DNA of 64,000 nt, taken from positions 248,001-312,000 of the forward strand of contig NW_026250417.1 of assembly GCF_024521635.1 (NCBI RefSeq), given 5' to 3'. How positions within the stretch are numbered: the first letter of the stretch is position 1; the number at the start of each line of letters is the position of its first letter. Positions 25,727-38,996 of the stretch are shown one piece after another. A program made the translations under genes and the position numbers. Below the pieces are notes generated by a model. That model did no database searches. It was not told where the DNA came from and saw only the letters and a list, made by a program, of their open reading frames with translations. This DNA comes from Tricharina praecox (Eukaryota).

Positions 25727-26535
25727 GAGAAGAGGAACGAACAGTCACCTACCTGTTTCGAAGGAGGAGGAGGAGGGGAAAAGGAAAGAAAAGCAAAGAA
25801 AACAACACACCCGCCAAAACACCTGCAAGGCCTCACCACCGCAAAGGTTCGGATATCCAGCCAGATCACGGAAAGGAAGAAGAAGCAACGCACCATCGTC
25901 AAGACTGCCGGTGTGCAGTTTTATCCGCCGGAGAAGTTCCCGGACGCCGGACCGTCTCAGCTTCTGCTATCCCGGGAGAAGACCAATAATTCGCCGGCGT
26001 TGGCCTTTTTTTTTGGACGGTCAGTCAGGAACCCCATCGGTACATACATCCTTGGGAATACCATACCCACTGCGTGCAAAGAGAGGCCCTCTTCGAGAAC
26101 GGTAAGAACAGAACACACACCGCACATACACCGCATGATAGTCCCTCAGTCCGACTTCTCTGTTATGACAAAAGCTTTTGCCTCATCGTCATCAACAGTA
26201 TCTCCTTCTTCGTCTCATTCTTGGTCTCCTTCCTCGCCTCCTTATTCATCTTCATCGTCTTCATCTTCTTCGTCCCATACTTCTTCATCTGCGCCATCAT
26301 CCTCAATCTCACTCCGAATTCAACACTTTGGACTCGCAGCAGCTCGAGCTTCATTCCTTGCGATTTATTAGGCCTTCTCTCCCCTGGCTGGTCCGCAAAG
26401 TCGCAACCTAGGATCTCCCTCCTGGAAACAACGGCAAACAATAAATCCCAAGTCGACAAGGGGAAAGGGAAACAAGTAGGGAAACAACAATAGCTTGCGT
26501 GAGGAGCGCCCGAGAAGCTGTAAGGGACTGTGTAT

Positions 26536-28577
26536 ATGACGGAGTTGAGAGACGTGTTGGACAGGCTGGGACTCCTTCAGTACCTGGGGAGGCTTAAAGA
26601 TGAGGGCTTCCATAAATGGGACACCGTTCTCGACATTACCGAACAGGACCTGTGAGTTTCTCCCAATCCGGCAATCCTTTAATCTCGTCCGCTGCCTCTT
26701 GTTCCTCCTGCTTCTACTCCTCCTCCGTTTGTTTGGTCTGGTAGTTCTCATACTGACGGATCCATTTTTTAGAGCTGCCTTGGACTTTAAGCTGGGCCAT
26801 CGAAGAGTATGAAGATGCCCTCTCCTTCATTCAACTCTTTAGTGCTTCCATGTTGCTGTGAGGGACTTTACCGTCCTCTGCAGCAACAAAAAGACGAGGA
26901 AAACATTGGTACTAATGGGACTTTTCTATGGTCGTGTAGATTTTGCAGAGAGAGATTGCCAGTGCACGTGGTATACCTCCGACGCAAGCATTAACTCCTG
27001 CACAATTCGGTCCGGCCGAGGACTTTGACCAGGAGGAGAAGCCGCCTTTCAAACCGGCCAAGGCCGAGCCGGGGAGACCACAACAGGCTCCAAACACTGG
27101 AAAGCGGAAATACCGGAGACATCCAAAGGTTCGATCTTGTGATGCGTGGTTCTGTCGGCGCCGCCTCTTCCTCCCTATGCTGTGGTCCACAATGCTGACT
27201 TGCTCTTCTTTTTGTTTGCTCCCCCTACAGACTGATGAGAATGCTCCGGAGAAACCACCTTCGGCGTACGTCATGTTTGCTAACAGTCAGTTTTGGATCC
27301 CCGTGTCTCCTCCCCTCCCCCTCCCGTCGAAACTTACTGACTGACAGCATCAAGGCGTCCGTGACGAACTAAAGGGGCGCAATCTCAGCTTCACGCAGAT
27401 AGCCAAGCTGGTGGGAGACCGGTGGAAAGTGCTGGAACCGGAGAAGCGGGAGTTGTATGAGTACAAGGCGACGGCGGCGAAGGACAAATTCAACGCCGAG
27501 TTTGAGGAATACAAGAAGACGGAAAACTACCGAGACTATGCCCGATACTTGGCGGATTTCAAGTCCAGGTTGGCCAGAGATGGCAAGGAAACACCAGGTG
27601 AGCAATCTACCCACGCGGCTGTTGTCTATTTGGTTATGCTTAATGGTTAATGAGAGGATCGAAGAACAATCCGAAACGACCATGAAACGGCCAAAGCTGG
27701 AAAGTGCCCCAGGCACGGGCAGCAGTCAGGGCGGGAATTCAGATGTTGGCACGGTTGTGGGAAGTCCGGTCAGTATGGGAAGTGCCATCCACTCTTCCTC
27801 TTCGGCGATGGGGATGATGTCCTCGGGACCGCCCAGTGCATACTCTCCTTCGTCAGCATCTTCGCGCAAGAAATCGACTTCACCCAAACAACCTCGAAAT
27901 TATTCCTCCATGGCAACCACTAGCACGGCAATCTCACCAGCCACCAAATCCATCGATTTCGCGGGCTACCGAGAATCGCTGGCAAGGACCACGCAGCATC
28001 AGCAGCAGGAGGCGCTCACGGCGTCCACCACGGACACGGACAGCCCCTTTTTCCCGCGAATGCACACGGCGGTGCAAAATCCGCACATTCAGCAGCAGTC
28101 ATCGTACCTCCGGCACCAGCCGACATCGGCACCGACACCGCCACCACGCAACAGCAGCGGCGTGGTTTTACCGAGTCCGGGGATACGACGGCGAGAAGAC
28201 ACGTTTTCACCCATGTCGTCCATCTCCGGGTCGATAAGCAGCAGCGGGAGCTCGACCGCACCCTCAATCACCCCGATCACACCGCTAACCTCCGGTCTCG
28301 ACGAGAACACCCGCAGCAAACGAGCCCTCCCCCTGCCCTCCCCTTCCCCGTCGGGATACTTTGACCAACGGGCCCACCACCAACGACAACCCTCACAGCC
28401 GCAGTCACCCCGATACGGACAAACGCCGCTACCCCCTCCCGACCATAGAGCATCACTCGCACGCGCGCTCCTACTCCTCCACGTCGCTGAATTCGCTCCC
28501 CGCCCCCTCGAACCTTGCCACGACCACACCAGTGCACCCATTACCACATCCTCCGACCGGCCCGGGCCAGCCGTCCG

Positions 28578-28608
<31 letters not shown>

Positions 28609-28773
28609 GCAATAACAGCAGCAGCACTCCGAATACCGCCCTCCCGAGTAAAAAAATATCGATTTTCACGTCACTATCTATTTCAGACAATTTTCATTAT
28701 TTTTTCATTTTTTTGGATATTGTTGCATGTGGCGTCCACGCATTTTTTTTATATTTTTTTTTTGAACGCTTGA
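26536..28773 (+). CDS. SAM-domain + HMG-box transcription factor, multi-exon (3' end uncertain)
   Basis: MTELRDVLDRLGLLQYL...LDITEQDL|AALDFKLGHRR|ILQREIA (SAM-like); KRKYRRHPK|TDENAPEKPPSAYVMFAN|VRDELKGRNLSFTQIAKLVGDRWKVL (HMG box); Ser/Pro-rich tail. Confidence 0.88.
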
Positions 28774-29580
28774 AGTTAGACGTCTTGGCGTTTTGTCAGA
28801 TTGGATTTGAGGGGGGGGGATGTTGATTTCGTCATGGGCAGAAAGCAAACACCGGTTTGTGTACCACAGCACCACGGAGGGTATCTGCCTCCGCAGGTAG
28901 GCTGGCGCGGCTTTTTACGGGAAAAAGAAAAGAAATTGCGCGCTTTCCGGGCGAGGAGGTTTTTTTTTGGTGGTGGTGGTGGTGGGTGGCTGGAGGATAC
29001 GAGATGGGATGGGATGGGATGGGACGGGATGAACGGGATGAACGGAACGAACGGGAGAGGAGAATACCGCACTCTAGGTACCTGAGGGGAGGGGGGGTTT
29101 GGGGGGTTTGGGGGGTTTGGGGGGATCTCGTAGGAGAAGGAGGAGAAGGAGGGGTGTATATCTGTGAATACGTTTTGCTTCCGAATTTATGGCAAATTTA
29201 TGGCCCTGCCTTACTTGTTTAGGTATATTGTACAGAATAGCATTTTTTTTCTTTCTCTTGTTCCTTTTCCTTTTCCTGCTTTCTCCTTCCTTCCTTCTCT
29301 TCGATTTTCTTCGTCTTTTGGGATACCTTGTATAACTCATGTATTTTGATTTTTGGTTCTGGTTCTTTGGCTTGATTTGGCTAGAGAAGGTATGGATAGA
29401 TCGGAGGAGGAGGAGGGAGGTGGGAGGAGGCAGGAGGGAAAGAGGCTGGTCCCACCACCACCACCACCACCAACAGCACCACCAACTCTAGACGGTTTAC
29501 TCTAGACATTCCACTTCCACGCGTGGTCACGTGACGAAGGAACGCGAAACGTCGTGACCTGGACTGGTAGCAGTAGTTTA

Positions 29581-30377
29581 TCAAGTCGTCTCTTCCTCCT
29601 CCTCCTCTTCGTCTTCCTCCTCCTCCTCTTCTTCCTCGTGATCATCATCATCATCGTCATCGTCATCGTGATACTCCTCCAACGCGCGCTTATCGACCAG
29701 CACGCGGTGTCCGCCGGCGCCCAGGAGGTCGTCGATAGTGTTCTCGAGGAGTAGTCCTACACCCTGGTGATCAGTCCACACCGTATCATCGCGCCGTATC
29801 ATCGCGCCGTATCATCGCGCGGTAGCAGCATCGTCGAGGGGGGGTACCAATAGCGATCAACGCCGTCTCATCCAAGCTCCGACAGCTAACCTCCGCCATC
29901 CCGTGTGCATCGTAAAAGTCCGCGGCGTACTGGTGTACCGCTAGGAGTAATTCCTGCGCTTCTTATCAGCCCACACCTCCCCCACACCCCTCTCACCCCC
30001 CGCAGCATACGCACGTCGTCAGGCGCCCCCCCCTCCGCCCCATCGTCTTGTAGCTGCGAAAGGTCCGCCGGCGCCCGCAGCCGGCGCGAGAGCACCTCGT
30101 CTGCGGGCCGCGCGACGGCGCTGCGGTACTCTTGCTCGCGCGAGTGCGAGTGCGAGTGCGAGTGTGAGTGGGGGTGTGCGTGCGTGTTGTTTCTGGTGGT
30201 GTGTGTGGGAGCGCGCCGACGAGGCTTGATGAACCCCGCGTAGTTTACGCGTGAGGCGACGACATCGTAGACTGTTGCTTGGCGGCGGGCGGAGGTCGTG
30301 GAGGTGGTGGTGCTGGTGGGTTTGGAGGTGCGAGCGGTGCGGGTGGTGGCGCCTTTGGTGGTGGCGGCTTTAGGCAT
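29581..30377 (-). CDS. Rrn10-like RNA polymerase I UAF subunit
   Basis: ATVYDVVASRV...PADEVL, then after splicing ELLLAVHQYAADFY...RSLDETALIAIG|LLLE and an acidic tail; pattern recalled for fungal UAF_Rrn10 proteins. Confidence 0.65.
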
Positions 30378-30529
30378 GGTTGTGGTTGTGGATGCCTGTG
30401 GGTGGACGCGTGTGTAGTGGGGGACTCAGAGGGGTGAGAGGACGCGACGAGCACTAAAATTACGTGTGTACCCGTGCGACGTCATCACCTCGCACCGAGC
30501 TACGGTAACTACAGACACACCACGGCGCA

Positions 30530-31965
30530 ATGCAGACCTCGCACCTTCGTCTCGCGCGAGAACTTGGGACGCCGGGGGCGCACTACGGACTGGAGCTGTG
30601 GCGGAACAGCGAGCGGTGGCATTCACTGGGCCTAAGGACTGATGTCGTTGATACCGGCGGAGTCAGCGGAGTCGGCGGAGTGCATAAAAAGGGAGCCACG
30701 GCACTCGATATCGACCGCCAGACGGGGCGGTAGTACGTTCCCCTTTAATTACTGGTTGGTTGGATTATATACTGACATAAAAACCTCCAGCCTCCTCGCC
30801 GCTGGCGCCACAGGAGCCGTCTCGCTGCACGACCTTTCCGCCGGCGGCGCCCCGCCGCAGACCGCCGCCGCAGCAGAAGGCGGCCACAAATTCACCGCCT
30901 CATCCATCTGCTTCTACCCTTCAGACGCAGACCTGTTCATTTCCGGGAGTTTCGACGGCACGGTGCGGGCATGGGACACGCGGGAGCTCTCGGTAGCGCA
31001 CACGTTCCGGATCTCGCGAGCGGTGCACGCAATCGCGATGGCGCCGCGGGCGCGGCACACGCTGATTGCGGTTGCGGCGGCGGCGGCGGCAGTGCGCCTG
31101 CTGGATCTGGGCAGTGGCGCCGCGGCGCAGGAGTTGATCGGTCATGTCGGCGCGGCGTGTTATGCTGTGGCGTGGAGTACGAGGGATGAGAACTTGCTGG
31201 CTTCTGGGGGCGTGGATGGACAGGTTAGACTGTGGGATGTTAGGATGGCAAGGGCATGCTTGGTTAGTTTGGATTGCGAGGGGGCGGGGAGGGGGAATGT
31301 CGATAGGAGGAATCGCGCACATGATGGTTCGTGGTTTGGTTGCATGGGACGTGGGAGGACGGGCTTTGGCTAACGGGTGGGTGTAGGTGTAGTGAATGGA
31401 TTGACGTGGAGTGAGGATGGCACTTCGCTTGTGAGCCTCGGTCACGACGACAAGTTACGAGTGTGGGACCTTTCCACGGGCTCAAACGTCCCTGTACGTC
31501 CCCCGTCCCCCGTCCCCCGTCCCTTCTCGCGTCCCAAGACTGGCTGATCCCTTAATCCGGTGTTACAAACAGACAGACTTCTCACCGGTTATCCGCAACC
31601 GACAACTGTCTAACTGCGATCCCGTACTGACATGCTTACGTCACTCGGACCCCCAGCTGGTGTTTGTCCCCTCTGTCGGCGAGATCCTAGGATTCCACTT
31701 TACCGAAGGAAACGTTGTCCTCCGGCAGGAGGTAACACAGCACAAAGTCAGTGCGCTCGTGCAACGGCCGCACCATCCCGCTGAGCTGTATTACGGCTCT
31801 ACCGGTGGCGAGATTGGCATGCTAGCTCCGCCTCTAGATCAGGACGGTGGTGGTGGCGAAGACGATGGTGGGGACGATGGATCAAGCGCAGCGGGAGGGA
31901 AGGACAAGGCTGTCTTGGATGCCATCTACCAATCTTTAGTTCGCGCTCCAATGACCTTCACCTGA
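30530..31965 (+). CDS. RAD28: WD40 DNA excision repair protein ERCC8/CSA (Rad28/Ckn1-like)
   Basis: ALDIDRQTGRY|LLAAG, HKFTASSICFYPSDADLFISGSFDGTVRAWDT, VRLLDLGSG, LASGGVDGQVRLWDVR, NRAHDG; 3 introns. Confidence 0.85.
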
Positions 31966-32100
31966 ATGAACGAATGAGACAGGTTTCAGAAAACGTACCT
32001 GTCGGCATGGATATGTTTAAAGCGTGTGTATTCTGAGCGCTGTTATGCGCACATCTCCATCCGGCCTATATCACCCGGCCATCATCGAACCACTAAACCA

Positions 32101-33277
32101 TTATGACATCATCGCAAGTGTTATATGTAAAAAACCATCTGGATACACCGCTACTTGGAGAAGCTCTGCCACCGGCGTATTCATAGCAACCACTACCCCG
32201 TGAACCACCGGTCGTGCCACCAGTGCCGACCGCTTCGATCTGAACAGCTCGGGGATCAGACTATTCAGTGCTGTACCGATCGTCTGTGGTTCTTCTGGGA
32301 TGTCCGCATCAGCCCACTTCCCAATTGTGGAATGTCGGATCATATGAACTCACTAGACTCTAAGAACGGTGCCACGGGTAGCTGAACTACTCGAGGTGTC
32401 GAGGGGACGTAGACTCTTATTGGGATGCCGCGCATTACCGTTGGATCTGTCATGAGCTTTTCATTCACACTCCAGAACCTATCGAAGTCGTCTTTTTCCC
32501 TGTCAGCTCTGTACCAACATCGAGGGGTAGGAGCGAGTGACGTACGGTCCAAAAGTCCTTCCCACAACTTTGTGGATTCTGCTTTCGACATGCTCATCAC
32601 CGTCTTCGCACTACCGTTCCTTACGCAGGCGGACTGATTCCGGCGCGTATTAGATAGCAATATCCCGTGTGTGTGTGGGTAAGCTCACTTGTTTGAGGGT
32701 ATTCTTCCACGCATCTTCAGCTGCATCTTCAGTATCCAACCGCATCAGGTGTTTAGTTGGCCAGTTCTGGAAGTGCAGCGTCAGAGTCCACGGTAACTGG
32801 TATTCCGCGTTGTCGCTGTCCCGAATGATGGACGGATCTCGGCCGGTGAAGAGGTCGTAGAGAACACCGACGGGCCAGTGCCTATAACCCCAACACCGCG
32901 TCAGCTATGGTGCACAGAATGGACCCGACCGCATCCAGGTATCGAGGTGGGGCGTTGGCGTGGTCCCAACCATTTGAGCGGCACTCCCTCAAACTCGAAC
33001 CATGCATTCTGAGGCCTGCACTCATGCGACTCTGCGAAGTTCGGTTCGAAGAACTGGTATATCTGGTCGATCCAGAGTGGGATGTACGATATACGGGGTA
33101 TCGACACCTATTTTCGGGCACAGGTTCAGCACACGTTCCCGGTACTTCGTGGGAACGGACGGAACTCACGAAGTACGGACTGACAGCCTCGTAAGCGGGA
33201 TCCTCCGAGAGGTCGAGATTTATTTTGCACGGGATGGAACCATTCCAGACATCTCGCCGAAGGGAATCGGTATCCAT
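32101..33277 (-). CDS. ATG5: Autophagy protein 5
   Basis: LRRDVWNGSIP, IPRISYIPL, WFEFEGVPLKW|HWPVGVLYD, ADCVRNGSAKTVMSMSK, IPIRVY, VVHGVVVAMNTP...YPDGFLHI. Confidence 0.95.
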
Positions 33278-33577
33278 GAGTGCGAGTCTCGGGGTGTTGA
33301 GGGCGGATGGGAGCTCGCTCGCACGGCTGTCTCGTGGGATTGCCGTTGACGCAGTGGTGCTGGCTGTTGGAGCTCTCCGATACGGTACGTGAGTCTTTAG
33401 ACTACAATGAGACTAGCCCAGTCACGCGGCCGGCTAACACCATCTTGGCAAGGTTCTTGTACGACACAGAAAATGCGGGTGTCTCTGAAATTTGTCCCCG
33501 ATTGAAACGCCGCCGCTCCCCCGCCAACTGTCACCCCTCCATACGCATCCACCAACTACGCACGCACGCCGGCCGAA

Positions 33578-34603
33578 ATGTCAATCGCGTCGATATTTGC
33601 ACGGCGGACGCCCCGCGTGCTCTCCTCGTTCACGGTATGAAAACTCTCACCTGGGGCGGGGAATTAAGCTCACGGGACGGATGGAAGAATGTCGCTCCTC
33701 GGGTTCTGCCCATGCAGCACCAACAGCGCCGTGCGAAACACGGCGTCCCGGCGCTCACAAACATAAGCAACTTTGCCGAGAATGGTGTCCCCGGCCTGTT
33801 CTCGAGGAAGGCTTTCAACATCGCGTGGACCGAGTACCAGGGACTGCTAGTGGACAACCTTAACCGGTTGGTTGACGGTCAGCCTCAGATGCACCAGCTA
33901 TATGGGTGTGGATGTCAGTATTGACGGAACTTGGCTGGCAGGTACCGACTACATGAACAAGACAGCGTTAGACATCACCGTGATGACCTCCCGACAAGCC
34001 GATCTCGCCGCGACGTTCAACTATGCCTCGCAAGCACACAACAACCACTTCTTCTTCGAGACCCTGGTACGGCGATTCCCATATCCCAATCTACTCCCCC
34101 ACTCATCTGTATAGGCCCCAGCCAAAGTCGACATCCCCGACATCCTCAAGAACCACATCCCCAACGGCTGGCCCTCTGCTGAAGCCATGCGGACCGAGCT
34201 CCTTACGACCGCGGCCAGCATGTTCGGCAACGGCTGGGTATGGCTGGTCTTCGACCAGAACAAGAACCTGCGCATTCTGTGCACGTACAACGCCGGCACT
34301 CCCTACGGTGCTGCCCACCGCCGCCAGGACACGGACATGAATACCCGCAAGACCCTGGGCGACAACAACATCTCATACATGACCGACACCCTGCGTTCCG
34401 TCACCCAAGGCAACAACTCCAACTGGGCTGTCCCATTGCTGAACATCAACTGTTGGGAACATGCATGGCTGGAGGACTACGGCATTGGCGGGAAAGAACG
34501 GTACCTTGAGGCCGTATGGGATCGTATCGATTGGAATGTTGTGGCGTCTAGGTGGCCGTTCCCGGATGGAAATACGGCCCCAAGATCGTTCTATAACAAT
34601 TAG
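33578..34603 (+). CDS. RSM26: Mitochondrial small-subunit ribosomal protein with Fe/Mn-SOD fold (mS42/Rsm26-like)
   Basis: Presequence-like MSIASIFARRTPR; HGVPAL...NGVPGLFSRKAFNIAWTEYQ, FNYASQAHNNHFFF, FGNGWVWL, PLLNINCWEHAWLEDYG. Confidence 0.8.
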
Positions 34604-34854
34604 TGTACTCTTCAGGTGCCGGGTGTGATTTTTGTACTGTACATCGTGGGCGGGAGTGAGCCGGCTATGGGAGGGAGGCATAGAGCGCACGATCTCGAAA
34701 TGTACTTTATACATAGAAAGACGGAAGTGGGGGGAGGGGGCGCATGTATCATAAGCCGATCAAAAAAGAAACACCACCTCTAGTATCCCAACCATCATGA
34801 TCTACAAATACAATTCGCACATCCCTCCCACACGCATTCATTGCCCGTCCGACC

Positions 34855-35273
34855 TTAATGGCTCAAGTTCTTCCTCCCCTTCAGCCTCCTCCTCTTCAGG
34901 ATAGCCCTTCCAGTCCTGCACCCATTCCTGGTCAAGAATCCCGCACGCCTCTTGCGCACCCGGTGCGACGGATCGAACGTGTCGCGAGGACCGTTGCGGA
35001 CCTGCAGCGCCTGCAGCGCGGGCGACGCACTGATGCGCGATGCGAGCGTGTCAATGACTCCCGTGATCGTAGTCGGCGGCGCGGCCAAACCGGCCGGTGC
35101 AGCGCCGAAAACGGTGGGACGGCGGAGCGTCATGAGCGAGAAGTTTCTGGTGGGGGTTAACGAGTGGGGGGCAGCAGGTGGGATGGCGGGGGTATCTACC
35201 GGGTGAGCGCGGGAGTGGGGGCGGCGGAAACACGCACGGCGGCGGTGCGGAGGGCGGTGCGGAGGGCGAACAT
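34855..35273 (-). CDS. MRPL34: Mitochondrial ribosomal protein bL34m
   Basis: [10 protein letters not shown] presequence, one intron, C-terminal [20 protein letters not shown]...[18 protein letters not shown]. Confidence 0.92.
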
Positions 35274-35608
35274 TGTCCTTGTCCTGTCCTATTGTGGTGC
35301 TGCGTAGAGTTGCTCAATGCCGTGCCCGTGTCTGTGCCGGAGGTGAGATGAGGTTGCCAGCAGCAGCAGCGGCAGCGTGCGGCGGCGGGTCGTTAGTTTT
35401 CGAGGTTCTTGGCGTGTCACAGGGGTGCTGTCACGCTTCACTCTGCGCCGACCAAAACTTTCTGATCGTAGATAGTAGTTAACTACCTCGTTCTCAGCCA
35501 ACAACCTCCAAAACCCACCCGTATGTAACAGCTCTTTACCCCGCTCGCGACCTCAATCCCCGGCTGACCGAAAAAGAGAAAGAAAAAAAAAAGGAACAGA
35601 AGAAAACC

Positions 35609-36070
35609 ATGTCGACAGCAACTCTCCCCCCGACCCGCGTTATCAGCTCGACAGTGGTATCGCCAGCAGACGCGCACATCCTCCTCGCGGCGTTCGTCGA
35701 GCGCGCCGATTCGGAGCGCCACACCAGCGCCCGCGGGGACCTGGTGCTCTCCGATCAGCGACGGATCGTCAGTGCGCTGCAGGGCGTGTTCATTCCCAAG
35801 CCCGTCGAGACGTTCGATACGGAAACGTCGGAGGAGGTGAAGGGACGGGCTGCGGGGCTGACACCGGCTGTACGAGAGGACGAGGAGGAGGATGTCGAGG
35901 TCGGAAATTGGGCGACGGCGCAGACGGGGGGTAATGAGGTTGAGGCACCGGTGTTAGAGGGCGAAGAGGTGGGCGGTGTGGACAAGGAGAAGAGGAAGGC
36001 CGACAAGAAGGCGAGGATGAAGGAGGACAAGAAACGGAGGGCCGAAGAGAGGGCGAACGAGAAGAAGTAA
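35609..36070 (+). CDS. Probable RNA polymerase I subunit A14-like protein
   Basis: Single-exon 153-aa ORF with ATG; VSPADAHILLAAFV...LSDQRRIVSALQG core and Lys/Glu-rich tail; family assignment tentative. Confidence 0.6.
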   Translation: MSTATLPPTRVISSTVVSPADAHILLAAFVERADSERHTSARGDLVLSDQRRIVSALQGVFIPKPVETFDTETSEEVKGRAAGLTPAVREDEEEDVEVGNWATAQTGGNEVEAPVLEGEEVGGVDKEKRKADKKARMKEDKKRRAEERANEKK

Positions 36071-36236
36071 TGTTTAAGGTCAATGTTTTCGTTCATGATT
36101 AAAATGTAACCGGCGCTGCAATTTTTATGGGGATGTTCTAACAATCGGTACAAAGAAACTGATCTGCTAATCACACATCCCCCCACCATCCTCTTCCCAA
36201 TATTATTACTCGAGTATCGACATATACCTAATGTAT

Positions 36237-37828
36237 CTACTCAACCTTTCCTCCCTTCCAGCCCAACTCCCTCAACCGCTCCGGCAGAATGGGATGAGTG
36301 AAGTGGTACGCAGAGTACAAGTAATCTGCATCCATAGTGCTCAAGTTTTGAACCTGGAGCTTGATTAAGCTCTTAGCGAGATCCTTCTCGTAACCCAACC
36401 CAACTGCAAAAGCATCCGCCTCGTACTCGAATTTCCGGGACATGATGTTCATCAAGAGCTTCAGGACAGTGTCGACGGGAGTCAAGATATCGCCAAAGAT
36501 GAGGAAACCAATCATGGTGGGCATGCTCTTCTCGAAACCGAAAGCTTGGAACAGAGATCGGTTGTTGATGAACAGCGAGAACATGACGAAGACTCCGAAA
36601 GTGTAGAACTGTCACAGCGTGTTAGAAGCGGACAACTAGACGACATGCAAACGGGCTTGCTTACCTGCGAAACTGCGAATTGCTTGGTAGTGTGACCCTC
36701 CTTCCAGTGACCCAACTCGTGAGCGAGAACGGCAACGACCTCGCTGATCTCGCTCTTCTCAATCAAAGTATCATAGATAACAATCTGCTTGCTCCAGGGC
36801 AATCCGTAGAAGTAAGCGTTGCTGTGCGCACTGCGCTTGGAACCGTCGATAACGTAGAGGTGCTTCAGAGGGAAGTTGAGCCTAGTGGCCAATGCCTCAA
36901 TCTCGGACTTCAGCTTTCCATCCTCGAGAGGAGTGAGCTTGTTGAACATGGGCAGGATGAAGATCGGGTAGACGGTGACAAGGAAGGTTTGCACTCCGAG
37001 GATGAAAAGCCAAAGGTAGTAGAAGAAGTTGCCACCAAAGTAGCTGACGATCTTCAAGAAACCGGCGAGAACCGGGGAACCGAGGGCAGCGATCAAGAGC
37101 TGAGTCCTGATGGCATCCGTGAAAAACTACGTTCACCGTAAGCAATCTGTCGACCTAATCTAGGCACGGAATGACGCATACCAACTTCTTGGTCTGCTTG
37201 TTGAATCCAAACTTCTCCTCCAAGACAAAGTTCTTGTAGTACTGAAGCGGCATGTTGGCGAGGTTTCCGGCAAGGTTGAAGGCGACGAAGAAGACGATCG
37301 AATGGGTGATTTCACCGCGGAAACCGATAGGGGCGTATCGGGACATCCAGAGGCCGGTGAGGCCCCACAGTTTGGGAAGCAGATCGAAGTGAATAGTACC
37401 GACGTTGGTGAGTTGACCGTAGAATGAGCTGATGAAGCCGAACTTCGACTTCGCACGTCCGTAGGCCTGGTCGACTATCAATCACCGCGCACCAAATACG
37501 GACCAATCCGTAGAGCATTGACTCACCTGAGCCTTATCGTAGTCCTGCTTGGAAACAACACCATCCAAGGCCTTCGGCACCTTGTCCTCGCAGAGCTTGT
37601 GGTGCTGGCGAACAGAGAGCCATGTTTCAAGGAGGTACTGTGAGATTCCAAAGCCGATGATGAGGGTCTTCCATGGGAAGCCCGGGCGGTCCAGAAACTG
37701 TGCTAGGTTCTTGAAAAATTTTCTCGTCAGTCGGAACTCTCATCTGATAGTACTGATAAGCCCGTGAGGGCGGGATTCTCGAGTCAAAGGCTTCAATGGA
37801 TATGATTTCTTACCCCTAGGATATCCAT
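36237..37828 (-). CDS. STE24: CAAX prenyl protease 1 (peptidase M48)
   Basis: LDRPGFPWK, AYGRAKSKF, FVLEEKFGFNKQT, IDGSKRSAHSNAYFYG, VLAHELGHW (HExxH), SRKFEYEAD, YHFTHPILPERL; 4 introns. Confidence 0.97.
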
Positions 37829-38469
37829 GACGGCTGTGGGAGCAGGCACTGGCGTTGGCGGAGTTGTTTGGTCGGTGTCGTATGGTGGTGGGTAGGTTCA
37901 GAGTTGATGTTGATAACCGTTATAACACGGCATTGTTGTTGGTTGAGAGAAGATGTGTCCTTTTTTTACCGCCCCAGCGGTGGTCGCACAACAGCGGACG
38001 GCATCACCATAACACCAATCAGAAGCTTCCAAGATAGGTGGCTTGTGTTACCCTGAAAGCGGGATGCAAGGGAAATCATCGCTGTCGATCTTTGGTGGAC
38101 TGCGGATCATGATTCAGAGGGGATGAGCAGGATCTCTTATGATTGTGCTGCTTGAGGGAGCTCTCCGGGCCGTGGCCATAGCTACCTGTTTTACCTAGAC
38201 GGTAGTCGCCGGACTCGGTAGAGTTCTCTGGTAGGCAGGTGCTGGGTGATGTCGTGTGACGGGGTGGATGAATCCCGAGTAAACAGAGACAAAGAGTGGT
38301 GCTGCCATAACTCAGGATATACTAACTATTACAAAGGCAATCACGCGAATTGCAGCTCTTGAAGAATCATGTTCGCGAAATGAACTTGGTATCGAAAACT
38401 ATTAAAACCATCTACCCCAAATTCCCCGAGCGCGTTTCTGTATGACGTGCCCAACATCTCCCCGTCCCA

Positions 38470-38996
38470 CTACTTTGTGACCAGCCGGAATACTTGGGAT
38501 TGTATCTTGAAGGAGGGCGTGGGGCCCGGAATGGACTGCAAGACGAACGTCTCGCTGTAGCCGCGGTTGACCTTATCGATACCGTACTTGACGGCTCCGG
38601 AGACGAGAACCATGAGGTTGCTGCCACCGCCAACCTTGTGCACGTCGTAGGACTGTGAGTCGTGGTAGGTGGTGGTGGCGGTCGCGAAGAAGCTCGCGAA
38701 GGCATCTCCGCCGGCGAAGGCGTTGCCGTTGTAGACGATCTTGGCGTCCGGGACGTAGAGGCTGGCGAGTTTGGTGCGGTCGCGGTTCATGGCTCCGTAA
38801 TAATCTTCTAAAAAGTATTTGGCCGCTTAATGTTCGTCGTGTCAGATAACTGGGTGCAGCTGGAGGGAACAGATATAGGTACTAACCATCATTGACATTC
38901 TCGATAGTCCGGTACCGGCCTCTCTCTCTCTGGTTTCTCTCCTGCACTTGGATTAGTCTAAGGTCCGTAAAGGGAGAGGGAGGGTCCGTATACCAT
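38470..38996 (-). CDS. NXT1: NTF2-related export protein
   Basis: Splices in frame as M|ERNQRERGRYRTIENVND|AAKYFLEDYYGAMNRDRTKLASLY...IVYNGN...SYDVH...VSGAVKY...SETFVL...IQSQVFRLV. Confidence 0.85.

Noticed and set aside
33578-34603. Active Mn/Fe superoxide dismutase
   Set aside because: The metal ligands are incomplete (NCWEHAW instead of DxWEHAY, and no first His motif), and the N-terminus fits Rsm26-type mitoribosomal proteins
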